Assembly: GCA_002811645.1 (NCBI GenBank)
Contig: PDIP01000005.1
Coordinates: 135,198 to 199,197, forward strand
DNA from: Corallochytrium limacisporum Hawaii
Taxonomy: Eukaryota > Protista > Pluriformea
Reading direction: 5' to 3'
DNA length: 64,000 nucleotides
The notes under the pieces are model-generated. The model searched no databases. It saw only the letters and a list, made by a program, of their open reading frames with translations, and was not told the DNA's origin. The position numbers and the translations under genes are program-made. Below, in pieces: positions 12,001-20,743 of the stretch; within the stretch, counting starts at the first letter, position 1; each line of letters starts with the position of its first letter.

Positions 12001-15000
12001 AGATGACGCCTATGCGTCTTCCTTGGCTGTTGACATGCTTGAACCTGACCTTGTGGTTTTGGTAGATCACCCAGACTATCCACTGGACATGGCAATGATT
12101 TTCCGTGCATGCGCGGTTCTTCAGCTCAAGTTCCAGCCGGACGCAGCACTTGTGTGCTTCTCTGAACTCAGCGATATCGAGGCGTTCTCGTGCATCCTCA
12201 GCCGAGAAATGGACACAAAAATGAATTTGATCGAGCCGTTCCAGATATCGTTGCAGTCTGAATGGGACCCTGTGAGAGAAAAGGAAAAGATCAGTATGTC
12301 AGTGATGGAGGCGTTTGTGCGGTTCTCGTATAGTGATGCGCGGTTGATGAACGCGATCCTGTCTGTGATCCACTACGGAGTGACAAATGATGAGAAGTCG
12401 GAGCCTGCAACTCCGGAGGCTGAGTTTACGATCCATCAAGCGTTTGAGCATCTGGAACAGGAAATCCAGCGTGAGAAGATGGTAGCACAGAGATCTATGT
12501 TGCAAAGTAAGAATGCTGTTTACACCAAACGCGATATAAGCATTCATGTGGATGGCCTAGCGTTCAATCTCCTTGATGATACCACTAAGTATGACTGCCC
12601 TGTGGCACGGCTGAAAATTGCCCAGATCGGGGCGGATATTCGTCTGACCGAGAGAGGTACAGTACAGAGTGCAGCGACAATGACTCTAGCAGCCGACTTC
12701 TACAACACCCGCACATGCAATTGGGACAGCCTCTTGGAAAGTAGCCAATTACGAATGGTTTACAATAGCGACGACAACAGTCAGAACAGACACGTATCTC
12801 TTCAGTCTGATGATGTTCTCAACATTACGATCTCACGGCCCTTGTTGTCTACTATCCGTGATCTCAGTGGCAAGATGGAAGAATCGATTCGTAAGAGAGT
12901 CAGTGTCGAGGAAGAAGATCTACGCCGTGCCTTTCTACCCTTCGTGCTTGTCAATAAGACAGGAACCACTGTCAAAGTTCATCTCTGGGACAACAAGGGA
13001 CATCAAACAAAAACATTGACGCTGGCAGCGGACGAAATGAACGAGTTTGATTTCGAAGATAAGGTGGATCCAAAGAACAACATCCGGAAGTTGTTTGTTG
13101 ACGATGATGAGCGAGCAGATCGTGGTGTAAGCTTCATGCTTGGCAAGTCGCGAGAGTCACGTGTCATCAGCGTGGATAAAGCCGGCATGCAGTCGGTGGT
13201 ACTCAAAGCAATTGAGTCTCAGGACCACTACCGACTGTTGTCATCGATGGAAATCGTCACTGGTCAAAAGGTCATCACAATCTCTGGTCACATCAAGGTT
13301 GTTAACACAACAGATATTGACCTAGAGGTGGCCCTGTTGGATGGGCCGACGAGACAGACCCGGCATGTGAACAAACTTGTTAATAACGAAGAATTCTTCG
13401 TCCCGATGGATCTTGCTCTCGAGACCTGTGAACTCGCTGTGCGGCCGGCGAATCGGGAGAATGGCGTCTTTGCATGGTCTTCCCCTGGGCTGTCCATTTT
13501 TGAGTCCACTGAATGGGTAGATGCAGAGATCGCTGGCTTGAACCGCAGTACAACGGCAACTGATCATGTTTTCTTGACTTGTGCACGGAGCAGTGCGACC
13601 AAGGCACCCATACTGATGATGTCGAACCGGAGCTTCCAGGCATCGGCGACAAGACATGGCACGTCCTTGTGCACGTTCACAATCACCCCTGCAGCAGTTC
13701 TGGACAACCAACTGCCCGTATCGCTGTGGATCCAGCTTGATGGCTACCCGCAGGCGTTTGAGCTGAAGAAGGGTGCCCTCTTTCCCATCCATCAGCAGGA
13801 TCTTCGAGAGCCTACCGCATTACGAGTTGCTTTGGATGGCTACAGTTGGTCAGAGCATCAAAAGATCAAGCACTTGGAGACTGGTCAACGACTGGAGGGA
13901 TACGTGCGAATGGAATCGGCTCAACGAACTCTGGTTGATATCAACATGACCCTGGAAAACACGTCAGGATTGTGTTGCATTTACTTCTGGATGCCGTACT
14001 GGATTGTCAATCGGACTGGTGTACCCCTGCTGTTCAGACCTGCCCGATCGCGTACCTTATTTCCCGGCCAGACCGAAGAGAATCACCATGCATCGATGGT
14101 GGACCCTTTACTGGTGAACTTTGACCCGACAATGAATGATCACACTGTATCAGTGACATGTACAACAGGCACGGCTACCAAACTCTTCTGGTTCGAGGTG
14201 GGTGGCATAGATGCGGTTGGTCGAACTGGCAATGTCAATCTGGTGGTGGAAGATCCGCATTTGCCGAACGGCCGTGTAGAGTATCAGGTCGGTCTAAAGA
14301 TTTCCCGCCTAACCAAGCAAGGGCGATTCAGTCGGACAAAGGTGGCGTTGTTCATGCCGCAGATTATTCTAATGAATCACACAGACGCACCTCTTCATTG
14401 TCTACAAGAATTCGAAACAAAGACCGGCGCCATTGCCCACGTGTTGCAGCCGTCCTGTCTGAGCCCGTTTCACTGGACTTCTACACAGGAGGAGCTTTAT
14501 CTTTGCCTAAGATTGCCTCCCAAAACCGACGAACATGGCCACACCACAACCTGGCGTTGGAGTGGTGGATTCCGCGTCGACCAGGGCGGTGAGAGCTATT
14601 TGAAGATCATGTCTGAAGATCGCAAGCAGTTTGTACTAGTGCGCGTTATGGTTGAAGTACGCAAGGCTGCCTTCTACATCCACATCTTTGATGATGATGG
14701 AGTGGGACCGAGCTGGATCTTCAACCATTCACGATTGTCATTAGCGTGCTACCAGAAGGACGTACATTTCATCACAGACATTAAGCCGGAGTCCAAGATA
14801 CGGTACGCTTGGGATTCCTTGAAAGGGGAGGCAGAGATGCATCTTTTCCTTGATGGTGACAAGAGCATGCGCGAGGTTGTACTCCGCCTCGATGAGGCTC
14901 CGAAACACTACAATTTCCGCTACGAAAACCCTTTCACTATTCAATCTGTGGCCAATGGCTCTCTGATGGACATTATGGAGACGCCCATGGAGGGGTGGAT

Positions 15001-17431
15001 TCCAGTCCTCAGCAAGGCCACGACCGGGGCTGATTCGCAGTTCTGGCTTCTAACTAAGGACCACAAGCTCAAGAACAAGCAACTCGGCAAGTACCTAACA
15101 GTCCAACGGCTCAGCGGGGGAGGTGCAGAATACCGCCTCTGTCTGACGGCGTCCACCAAGGGTCGAGACGGTGCGCAGATGTGGAATTTTGGCAATGACG
15201 GGTCTATTACAAATGCGCTGGATCCGAGGATCCTCCTCATGGCTGCCGGCGATATGATCCTTGTCTATCATTTGCCGAAGGGCATACCGGCGCGACCTGA
15301 TGATGTGGAGTATATATTCAGCCGCAAGAACCTGCATGACGGATCTGGCATGGTCTCTTTTGCCGTGGAGAGTCAGGGACCGGTACGCATTCTGCACATC
15401 TACGATCCTGTTACCCAGAAGATTGACAGTACACCATCCAAGTTGAGCACCAACAAGTCGGTATACTCTGTGAGGAGTCAGATGAGCGTGGCGACCTCTC
15501 AAAACGAACAAGACCTGGTCACCTCATCGGAGTCTATGGATTTGGCCGCCGCGTCAGCGGAACCTCGTACGCGTAGCACTTATAGTGGGCATGTCCGCAC
15601 TCCCTCTGGTGCTAGCTCTCAGGAGAGCGTCGCCAATGATCCCATGCGCACGTCAGGGACCGGTCTTGCCAGCCAGACTGAGAGCGAGTTGATAGAGGAC
15701 GCGGAAATGGAGTTGCGCGGTGACCTGGGCGGTATTGGCTTGTCTCTCGTAGACGACATGGGCCGTGAAATCCTATATCTTTGCATGATAGGGGTCCGTA
15801 CAACCCTTGAACAGCGCGATCGACTGATGCAATATGATCTCCGCATTCAGGATGTGCAGATAGATAACCAGATCAACGCTGGAAGCTCCTTCCCCGTCGC
15901 CGTTTTTCGCAAGCCGGATCCCCGTGAAAAGGTACGCCACCCGCACATATACATTTCCTTTTCACGGCTCCTGGACCAACCGGCTAATACGCAGACGTTC
16001 CGATACTTCACTTTGCTGATCCAGCGGACCACCATCATGTTGGACGAGGAAATGCTTGTGCACCTGAACGCCTTTTCCGATCCGGAGCGCCGCACGCATC
16101 TGCGACCAGTCGAAGAAGAGGACTGTAATATTGACGAACTTACAAGCTTTGGTCTTATGCCTCGTGGTAGCGATGGCAACAATCCGAGCTGGCGTGAATC
16201 GTTCCGCTTGTACATGGATGTGCTAATCCTACAGCCCATTTCCATGCGCGTCAGTTTCCGACGAGCGACTCAAATGTCGCATTCGGACGGTGAAGTCCTT
16301 AAACGGCGCTATGGTGTGGACCTGCCAAACTTTTTCGAGGCTCCATTCCCATTGCAGCTGGTCTACGAGCGCCAACTGTACGGCCCGGCGTTCCTGATCA
16401 CGCGCACCATCTACAAGCGCTACATGCAGGACATTCTAAGTCGCACCTATCGCAACATCGGCTACACCGATGTAATGGGCAATGTACAAGCCAACTTTTC
16501 GACCATTGGTGCCGGCTTTAAAGACCTCTTCTACGAGCCGTACAACGGTCTGATTTCATCACCGAAGGACTTTTTGGTCGGCCTTCGAAAGGGCACGGGG
16601 AGCTTTGCGAGCTCCCTCGTTGCAGGCATGGCATCCACAGCAGCTACAGCAGCCAGCAGTGCGAACGACATTCTCAGCAACATGACTATGGACCAGGACT
16701 ACGTTCGCGAACGCCAAAAGGCCCGCAACCAGCACGATACCAAAGGGGGTGCCAAGTTCCGCCGTGGCGTGGACGGCTTTGTGCAGGGATTTGCGAGCGG
16801 TGTAACTGGCATTTTCAACGAACCACGAAAGGGCATGCAGAGTGGTGGAATTGCTGGAGGTATGGCAGGCGTTGGCAAGGGTCTGATTGGTGTCGTCGCA
16901 AAACCACTGGCCGGTTTCAGCGAACTCGTCACAGATAGTTCCGGAGCAGTGAGCGACATGGCGCGCAAAGAGGAGGTCCAGCAGCGGATTCGTCCTCCCC
17001 GTGTCCCAAGCGGTCGGCACGGTCGATTGAATCCGTACTCGCTCTACCACGCGGACGGTAGGATGCAGCTATTACTCAAGCGTCCACACGAAGTCTACGT
17101 GAACCATTGGCTTGTTGACCGACGCCAGGCTGTGTCTCTGTTCCTCACCGAGCAGCGTGTGATTCTCTTTGAGAAAATGGAGACGGAATGGCTACGACTG
17201 GATCTGCATGGAGTTGTGGCCGCCGTGGTGCTGCCGGAGAACGACAGCTACATCCTTATCCGCAGCGAGGAGATATCAACCCGTGCGCACAACAGGTTCC
17301 GTTCTAATATTTCTATCGATGGCAGCGGCTACTGTAAGTCCATGATCAAGATAGGCGAGGATGCGAACGCCGCTGATGTCATCAAGGCGATACACAGTAT
17401 GGCTACCCGTCGGGCTGAGGACGATGAATGA
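6020..17431 (+). CDS. VPS13D: VPS13 bridge-like lipid transfer protein, VPS13D-like
   Basis: Chorein_N start MFEGFVSNFLNTWLGDY (ATG 6020); VAB repeats (PFVLVNKTG, PYWIVNRTG); ricin-B-like QxW segment; ATG_C region GFASGVTGIFNEP..GVGKGLIGVVAKP; RIRPPR. Confidence 0.9.
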   Translation: MFEGFVSNFLNTWLGDYLEGINTSDLSVAVWNGLVTLKNVRIREDALSFLDLPISVRNGVIEELQIRIPWAQLQSKAIQVEVSNIRILAVSETGAEQKDRQEQLASEIQKKLKLWHQEQWERLMASFEPEQKQADGSETMTSALLFRLISNVYISVQSVDVRYVATNLENQGQQNITWGMYFEKFTLMATDANYKKAYMYDAHGKQHRVLSLNRFNMYMLANEYESTDVFEPFNPDRHAQHGIISNVTIEARMNWNMHKDGHMEASLDLKTQKTPVQLRKSHLNIIAEEAEAITMSRRQQRFADISPKTAEALRADPTPRKRWKHVISCIVKEISRRRERQTLPYLVERRGKRLKHEPVYHQYLDESLNFEEKKKEENTGSQTPSALEIPTRMEEAQASLAKMEVGLELDDIKYFRTTGLLSWTKEHAKQLKELKKPKKVEASYQSYLMGFLGGSTSTENPEASKTGDVEQDVNQLAEVLEQWVKEAPVDKYFTYDVKFELNKGSITLMHDIMRSDNDEAISTELVFDTMAYSLEKNIAEDVTTRIALHGMKMGEIDHDANDKTREVIVSKHASDGEFFKARYVKHANTGKRELRVALAPSEMFIDAELVKRLTSTSKSLMRIGNLSTIQQTFDVIRHLQTETLETFTEVINSESIDAKLNVAAPKIHLQANEQASAKLLADFGELSIQIGRWHEAAEKDTEFETPPSSPESLPSQDGLQVGIVEADHDELQTGDFPLKLALSNVSVAYVDGDSGPYDIFRRTTFSLNALPLERSEKKDHHGHHPTEWFVHIPIDSIRVSLSEDTLRSIVGIGKAFNYSEAHGSGFVESIPVASHTDIVEDHDESVDIDVRSVVSKDTHGRGGTRQKRVQIRKVKLRIRDIHADLKDSMKAAKERCRVEFRGMEFAYQREDNGSTESTLKVRECDIRSRSSEALEALPIVSSDHHSGGGNAKHLVMVQIATKGRDTRVTGTLSTLRLDLCRNRWLPIIQLFGAYGYLPAPSTPRLAPLSSPALSPAPLSPGADRPPLLRKRTVSSTVGPSGRRRGKYDMDVQFESLTATLYSERKKFLDVSVRDVQLEGKFSDGASDLRVALENVESTEYRSNEKIFDMQHALSLDLRRKENLTDVSIAISQADYTYDVYAIRKTVAFFEDFSEVGSVLQSARDSAGAAVSTLTAESSVKFRLVGESPLVHLSSGDYGKTLLCYFGKFSIHNDWSSVDGASPMANLDLDEQHTKLAIVTLEDISMNLKDSQDQSQNHAILHHGNCDILVCRKTATDALSVVVVIPDVECDLPRTVFNDIQVIADVNSPATSVEERPSAQSLDSVRGPEVGVEDADQIRSVFEVRLSMASVALRLSSDIGHGVSNLAVIKGTDLDMKITSDEKMVTTAFEFRDLDVVDELQASVHGAEPKTIGRMEAGESTIDRSRALRVVHESPHASHGNETGLDDPAATQTEIIIGKLWAIYESETWLTIVDFLTSTPEAMHMKSLQASDLFQTSLEVQPLDDGTEGEDQGPMNLLEKPIPRFINLNIMQLSLEVDNSHGTRALMGVKRVESAILLQGNDWNIDGKLDKIWVNDGNANLEEYHCIFDSSMAEELTFKYIYDTTAKQMLLDIDMSKPYIVYLRAFVDDLYEILKATIDINNLIQDLRGKYVAEGIKFNPKVKVTDGFIALPIHRGARPFIGLTCDELLLSNRHYDRDSDQTAVNEFLIDIKGVCAGTSKAEASVREMPLRPLFKGKKDMQVKVDFLYLDNYIDEFAYQIGMDFTNVALQLDNNKYQVCMAFLTGNLGIAGGNFDMVKETSLVRRDSGPKTKDTQNREAVNFPTGPVIEGSTDKDLKFMEMVINIRDCRLLMEHNVGHYSHVMEHSAKLTCDVQRATIDLTTIIHAGDFAKNSTTFDFQTPAISVYEGLDTSDNFQPITNLPVFFQPRVDTSETSLLFNFNRRSTIKDSQTKFIVHKARLFFMPDVLYSMAEFFMNMEDEHNEMSLAYQKHEGPEDDAYASSLAVDMLEPDLVVLVDHPDYPLDMAMIFRACAVLQLKFQPDAALVCFSELSDIEAFSCILSREMDTKMNLIEPFQISLQSEWDPVREKEKISMSVMEAFVRFSYSDARLMNAILSVIHYGVTNDEKSEPATPEAEFTIHQAFEHLEQEIQREKMVAQRSMLQSKNAVYTKRDISIHVDGLAFNLLDDTTKYDCPVARLKIAQIGADIRLTERGTVQSAATMTLAADFYNTRTCNWDSLLESSQLRMVYNSDDNSQNRHVSLQSDDVLNITISRPLLSTIRDLSGKMEESIRKRVSVEEEDLRRAFLPFVLVNKTGTTVKVHLWDNKGHQTKTLTLAADEMNEFDFEDKVDPKNNIRKLFVDDDERADRGVSFMLGKSRESRVISVDKAGMQSVVLKAIESQDHYRLLSSMEIVTGQKVITISGHIKVVNTTDIDLEVALLDGPTRQTRHVNKLVNNEEFFVPMDLALETCELAVRPANRENGVFAWSSPGLSIFESTEWVDAEIAGLNRSTTATDHVFLTCARSSATKAPILMMSNRSFQASATRHGTSLCTFTITPAAVLDNQLPVSLWIQLDGYPQAFELKKGALFPIHQQDLREPTALRVALDGYSWSEHQKIKHLETGQRLEGYVRMESAQRTLVDINMTLENTSGLCCIYFWMPYWIVNRTGVPLLFRPARSRTLFPGQTEENHHASMVDPLLVNFDPTMNDHTVSVTCTTGTATKLFWFEVGGIDAVGRTGNVNLVVEDPHLPNGRVEYQVGLKISRLTKQGRFSRTKVALFMPQIILMNHTDAPLHCLQEFETKTGAIAHVLQPSCLSPFHWTSTQEELYLCLRLPPKTDEHGHTTTWRWSGGFRVDQGGESYLKIMSEDRKQFVLVRVMVEVRKAAFYIHIFDDDGVGPSWIFNHSRLSLACYQKDVHFITDIKPESKIRYAWDSLKGEAEMHLFLDGDKSMREVVLRLDEAPKHYNFRYENPFTIQSVANGSLMDIMETPMEGWIPVLSKATTGADSQFWLLTKDHKLKNKQLGKYLTVQRLSGGGAEYRLCLTASTKGRDGAQMWNFGNDGSITNALDPRILLMAAGDMILVYHLPKGIPARPDDVEYIFSRKNLHDGSGMVSFAVESQGPVRILHIYDPVTQKIDSTPSKLSTNKSVYSVRSQMSVATSQNEQDLVTSSESMDLAAASAEPRTRSTYSGHVRTPSGASSQESVANDPMRTSGTGLASQTESELIEDAEMELRGDLGGIGLSLVDDMGREILYLCMIGVRTTLEQRDRLMQYDLRIQDVQIDNQINAGSSFPVAVFRKPDPREKVRHPHIYISFSRLLDQPANTQTFRYFTLLIQRTTIMLDEEMLVHLNAFSDPERRTHLRPVEEEDCNIDELTSFGLMPRGSDGNNPSWRESFRLYMDVLILQPISMRVSFRRATQMSHSDGEVLKRRYGVDLPNFFEAPFPLQLVYERQLYGPAFLITRTIYKRYMQDILSRTYRNIGYTDVMGNVQANFSTIGAGFKDLFYEPYNGLISSPKDFLVGLRKGTGSFASSLVAGMASTAATAASSANDILSNMTMDQDYVRERQKARNQHDTKGGAKFRRGVDGFVQGFASGVTGIFNEPRKGMQSGGIAGGMAGVGKGLIGVVAKPLAGFSELVTDSSGAVSDMARKEEVQQRIRPPRVPSGRHGRLNPYSLYHADGRMQLLLKRPHEVYVNHWLVDRRQAVSLFLTEQRVILFEKMETEWLRLDLHGVVAAVVLPENDSYILIRSEEISTRAHNRFRSNISIDGSGYCKSMIKIGEDANAADVIKAIHSMATRRAEDDE

Positions 17432-17556
17432 AATGCATGAGCGTGTAATCATGGCTTTTCTCATTATGTAATATATGACATAATATCAATGTAATACTTC
17501 GTGCGTAACATGCACTTGACTACAAGACTGTACTGGTTCCAATCCAGTCTAATTTG

Positions 17557-18846
17557 TCACGCGCTGGTGTGCTTGTTGATCAATGGATCAGGACTATGGG
17601 ATCGCGAGTATGCGCGATTCTCATCGCGTGTATGCAAAGCACGTTGCTTGAGGCGCTCGTCTCTGCGTTTCTCAGCCTGCGCGAATCGTTCCTTGGCTTC
17701 TAGATTGGCGCTGATATGCAGTTTCGGCAGGTTGGTGAACCGCTCGTCATCCTTGAAGGCGACGTATGTGAAAAATGCGTCGTTGGTAAAGAACACTTCA
17801 CCCTGGCGGTGCACATAGACTGACACCATCACCTCAATCGATGAATTGAACACGGCTGTGACCTCAGAGTTGAAGTAGACAATGTCGCCGACGTTAGTCG
17901 AGGAAACAAAGTTCAACCGGTGAACGCCAGCAGTGCGAACATCACAATTCCGTGCAACTCGACATGCACTTACATACGCGCATTGGTCCATCCACATCAT
18001 GATCATGCCACCGAAAGTGACCCCAAGTGTATTGGCCGCATTGGGCAAGACAATCTCGCTCATGAAAGTCATGGTCTGCTCTGGTAAGATCACAGCCTTA
18101 CTGAACTCCTCTCCGTTTTCAAGCTGGGTTAGTCTTGGGGTAACAATCTCAGATTCTTTGTAGCGTACAGCCTCCTCACGCCGACTTACATGGTGCGACG
18201 TGTCGTAGCGGATGCGATTGGCCAGGCGAAATTCACGGCGTTCGAGAGCCATGTCAAAGCGTTTCTGATCACCTTCTGTCTCAGGAAACATCTGGTGGAC
18301 CGGACAAGGTTTGCGGCGTTGGCGGTCGATTGACACAAACGTCACGTAAGCACTGCAACAATGCACCCGTTCACCTGTTCGAAGATCTTCGGCCTCGACA
18401 CGGACGCCTATTTCCATTGACGTCCGGAATGCACGGTTGACGCTGGCGTAAAGAATGACGACGTCACCAAGCTTGGCCGGCCCAACAAAGTTGACAGAGT
18501 CGAAGGAGGCCGTGACACAAGGGGAAATGGCTGCGGCTTTAGAGGCCGCACCGGCGCAAAGGTCCATCCACGACAAAATTTGACCCCCGGTACAGAAGCC
18601 ATCAGGGTTAGTATGTTGCGGAAGGACTAGCTCGTGCATGATGACGTGTGATTCTGACAGAGGGCGCTTCTCGATGTTGACAGCAGGCTGAACTTTGCCG
18701 TCATTGGCGGAGTTCTTAGTTTCTTTCTGTCCATTCTCTCTCTTCTCGGTGGGTGCATCTGAAGATGAGGTGGTAACTAGATAGAGCCAAAAGGCAAAGC
18801 CCATGCCAGCTAGACCGTACGCCGCATAAATGCCGATTCGTGACAT
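17557..18846 (-). CDS. Double hotdog-fold acyl-CoA thioesterase (ACOT7/11/12-like) with N-terminal hydrophobic anchor
   Basis: Two hotdog repeats: ELVLPQHTN..GGQILSWMD..VNRAFRTSMEIGVRV and EIVLPNAAN..FGGMIMMWMD..VFNSSIEVMV. Confidence 0.9.
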   Translation of the reverse strand: MSRIGIYAAYGLAGMGFAFWLYLVTTSSSDAPTEKRENGQKETKNSANDGKVQPAVNIEKRPLSESHVIMHELVLPQHTNPDGFCTGGQILSWMDLCAGAASKAAAISPCVTASFDSVNFVGPAKLGDVVILYASVNRAFRTSMEIGVRVEAEDLRTGERVHCCSAYVTFVSIDRQRRKPCPVHQMFPETEGDQKRFDMALERREFRLANRIRYDTSHHVSRREEAVRYKESEIVTPRLTQLENGEEFSKAVILPEQTMTFMSEIVLPNAANTLGVTFGGMIMMWMDQCAYVSACRVARNCDVRTAGVHRLNFVSSTNVGDIVYFNSEVTAVFNSSIEVMVSVYVHRQGEVFFTNDAFFTYVAFKDDERFTNLPKLHISANLEAKERFAQAEKRRDERLKQRALHTRDENRAYSRSHSPDPLINKHTSA

Positions 18847-19405
18847 GTCTCTTCTGATCAGTCCATCAGAAACAACTTCGTGATCGAATTACTTGTTTTC
18901 TTTCTTTTCACTTGGCCTGTTTCCCGTGTTCTAGTCACGGTGCCGGAAGACACCGCACAGCAGTCCAATGGCACCTTTCAAACTTATATATCCTAGCGGC
19001 TGTTGTGCACATGGTGTGTCCGAAGGTCTTCAAATACAGTGGCCGTCGGACGGCCTAGGAGGAAAAAATTGGCCCGTCTTGCTTATCCCGGGGGTAATGA
19101 AGGAAGAAAGGTCGGTGGATAGGGAGGAGGGGCAGGGCTGGTGAAGCTCAAGGTCCGAGCTAGAGAGGCCCTCGAGAGGAAGCTTGGTCAGTCAATCGAG
19201 CAGGGCCCTGTGGAGCATAGTAAGACTCGCTGAGGGTGACCTGCGGGTGGAACATTGCATTGAATATAGCATGCAACTGTATTTCAGAGAAATGAATCGA
19301 AATAACTTCTCGATGATGGTAAAGAATACATGGATATATACAAAACGATATCAGATGAAGGCAATGGATTCGGTAGAAGGTGGTTTGGTAAAGCGTGATG
19401 TCTGC

Positions 19406-20743
19406 TCATTTCTTGCGCCGTCTCCGTTCGTTTGGGTTGCGACGGCCGTAGCCAAATTCCGTGTTTGCAGCCCGCAGTTTGGCGCTAATGTCTGTGGTTG
19501 CGAAAGGTTGACCGTTTGCGAGATCACGGTCATCGTAAACCTTGTGCACGGGCTTACCTCGACGGGTTGCACGTTCCTTTTGGTCCTCGCGCAAGATCAA
19601 GTCGCTGTTGTGCCGTCCACCCTTTGGAGTAGGAATCGAGTACTTCGTACCCCGTAGGCTGATCTGACGAGGTTGGACGTACCGTACAGCCCCATTCTTG
19701 TCGCTGACGACCTTGGTGCGCATCATGGAATGATTGCCGCACTTGGGGCAGAATTCCTTGGCCATGTTCGAGGTTGTTGTCGAACATGCTGTGCACATCA
19801 TAACAAAATGCTGCACTTTGCGCACAATGTAGCCCTTGATACCAAAAACGAGCATGTTCATGTGCAGAAGCACGTTTTGCATAGTGAAATCCGTAGTCAC
19901 ACAGCCGACCAACACTGCTCGCTCTTTGCGCGCCTCTGCTTCGTCCTCCATCGCATCATCCGGGAATGCGGCGGCGGCAGTGTCCAAATTGTCGGGTGTG
20001 ATCCAACCCTCATCGTCTGCAAAGCTCATATCTGGCCCGTCATTGTTGTCTCCGTCATTTTGTTCACGCTGCTCCCGCAATGCCCTAGCCTCGGCTTGCA
20101 GCGCAGCCTGCTTGTCCTCGTTTGTTCGGAGCTCCTGGTCATTCACACCAATCTCCGCCGAGTATTCGTCCATTGACCCCGTTCCCAGGTACGCAAGCGC
20201 CTGAAATACTGTAGCGGATCCGAGGGTCTCTGCAAAGGGTGTGGAGTTTCCCCAGGTCTTAGGCTTGACAAAGCCAGGCGTCTGGTCCAGGTTCTTGGTC
20301 GCTTTCGTGCGGGCGTCCTTGAGGCTGATGGGCTCCGTATTGATATGATCCTTGCCATTGTACTCCATATCGAGATGGAGCGAAAGAGCGAGAACTTTGA
20401 CATCGGTGTGGCTCAGGTTGGCGTAATCACCGCTGCGTTTGGCGAAATCGATTACCATTTTCATGGCATCTGGGCTAGGCTCCTTTAGCTTAATTTCTGA
20501 GAGAGTTACCGTCTCTTGTGCAAATGTCTTGGATTTTTTGTCCCGGATCTCATCCACCACTTCCTGCACTGTGTACAGATCACCTCCAAATTCATCTGGA
20601 CGGATTCCCTTAATAAAAACCGCGGTGTCCAACACTGCTACTTTCTTGCGCTCTTGATCGGCACTAACATTGATTGCAGCACCCGTGCCGGTTGTGGTGT
20701 CCTTGTTGGCACTTGCCGCCAAACTAGCCCATGTTCCGGACAT
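19406..20743 (-). CDS. NOB1: NOB1 20S pre-rRNA endonuclease
   Basis: PIN domain VLDTAVFI..EVVDEIRD..GDYANLSHTD; GWITPDN; TTDFTMQNVL; Zn ribbon CTAC..FCPKCGN; LRGTKYSIPTPKGG. Confidence 0.97.
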   Translation of the reverse strand: MSGTWASLAASANKDTTTGTGAAINVSADQERKKVAVLDTAVFIKGIRPDEFGGDLYTVQEVVDEIRDKKSKTFAQETVTLSEIKLKEPSPDAMKMVIDFAKRSGDYANLSHTDVKVLALSLHLDMEYNGKDHINTEPISLKDARTKATKNLDQTPGFVKPKTWGNSTPFAETLGSATVFQALAYLGTGSMDEYSAEIGVNDQELRTNEDKQAALQAEARALREQREQNDGDNNDGPDMSFADDEGWITPDNLDTAAAAFPDDAMEDEAEARKERAVLVGCVTTDFTMQNVLLHMNMLVFGIKGYIVRKVQHFVMMCTACSTTTSNMAKEFCPKCGNHSMMRTKVVSDKNGAVRYVQPRQISLRGTKYSIPTPKGGRHNSDLILREDQKERATRRGKPVHKVYDDRDLANGQPFATTDISAKLRAANTEFGYGRRNPNERRRRKK

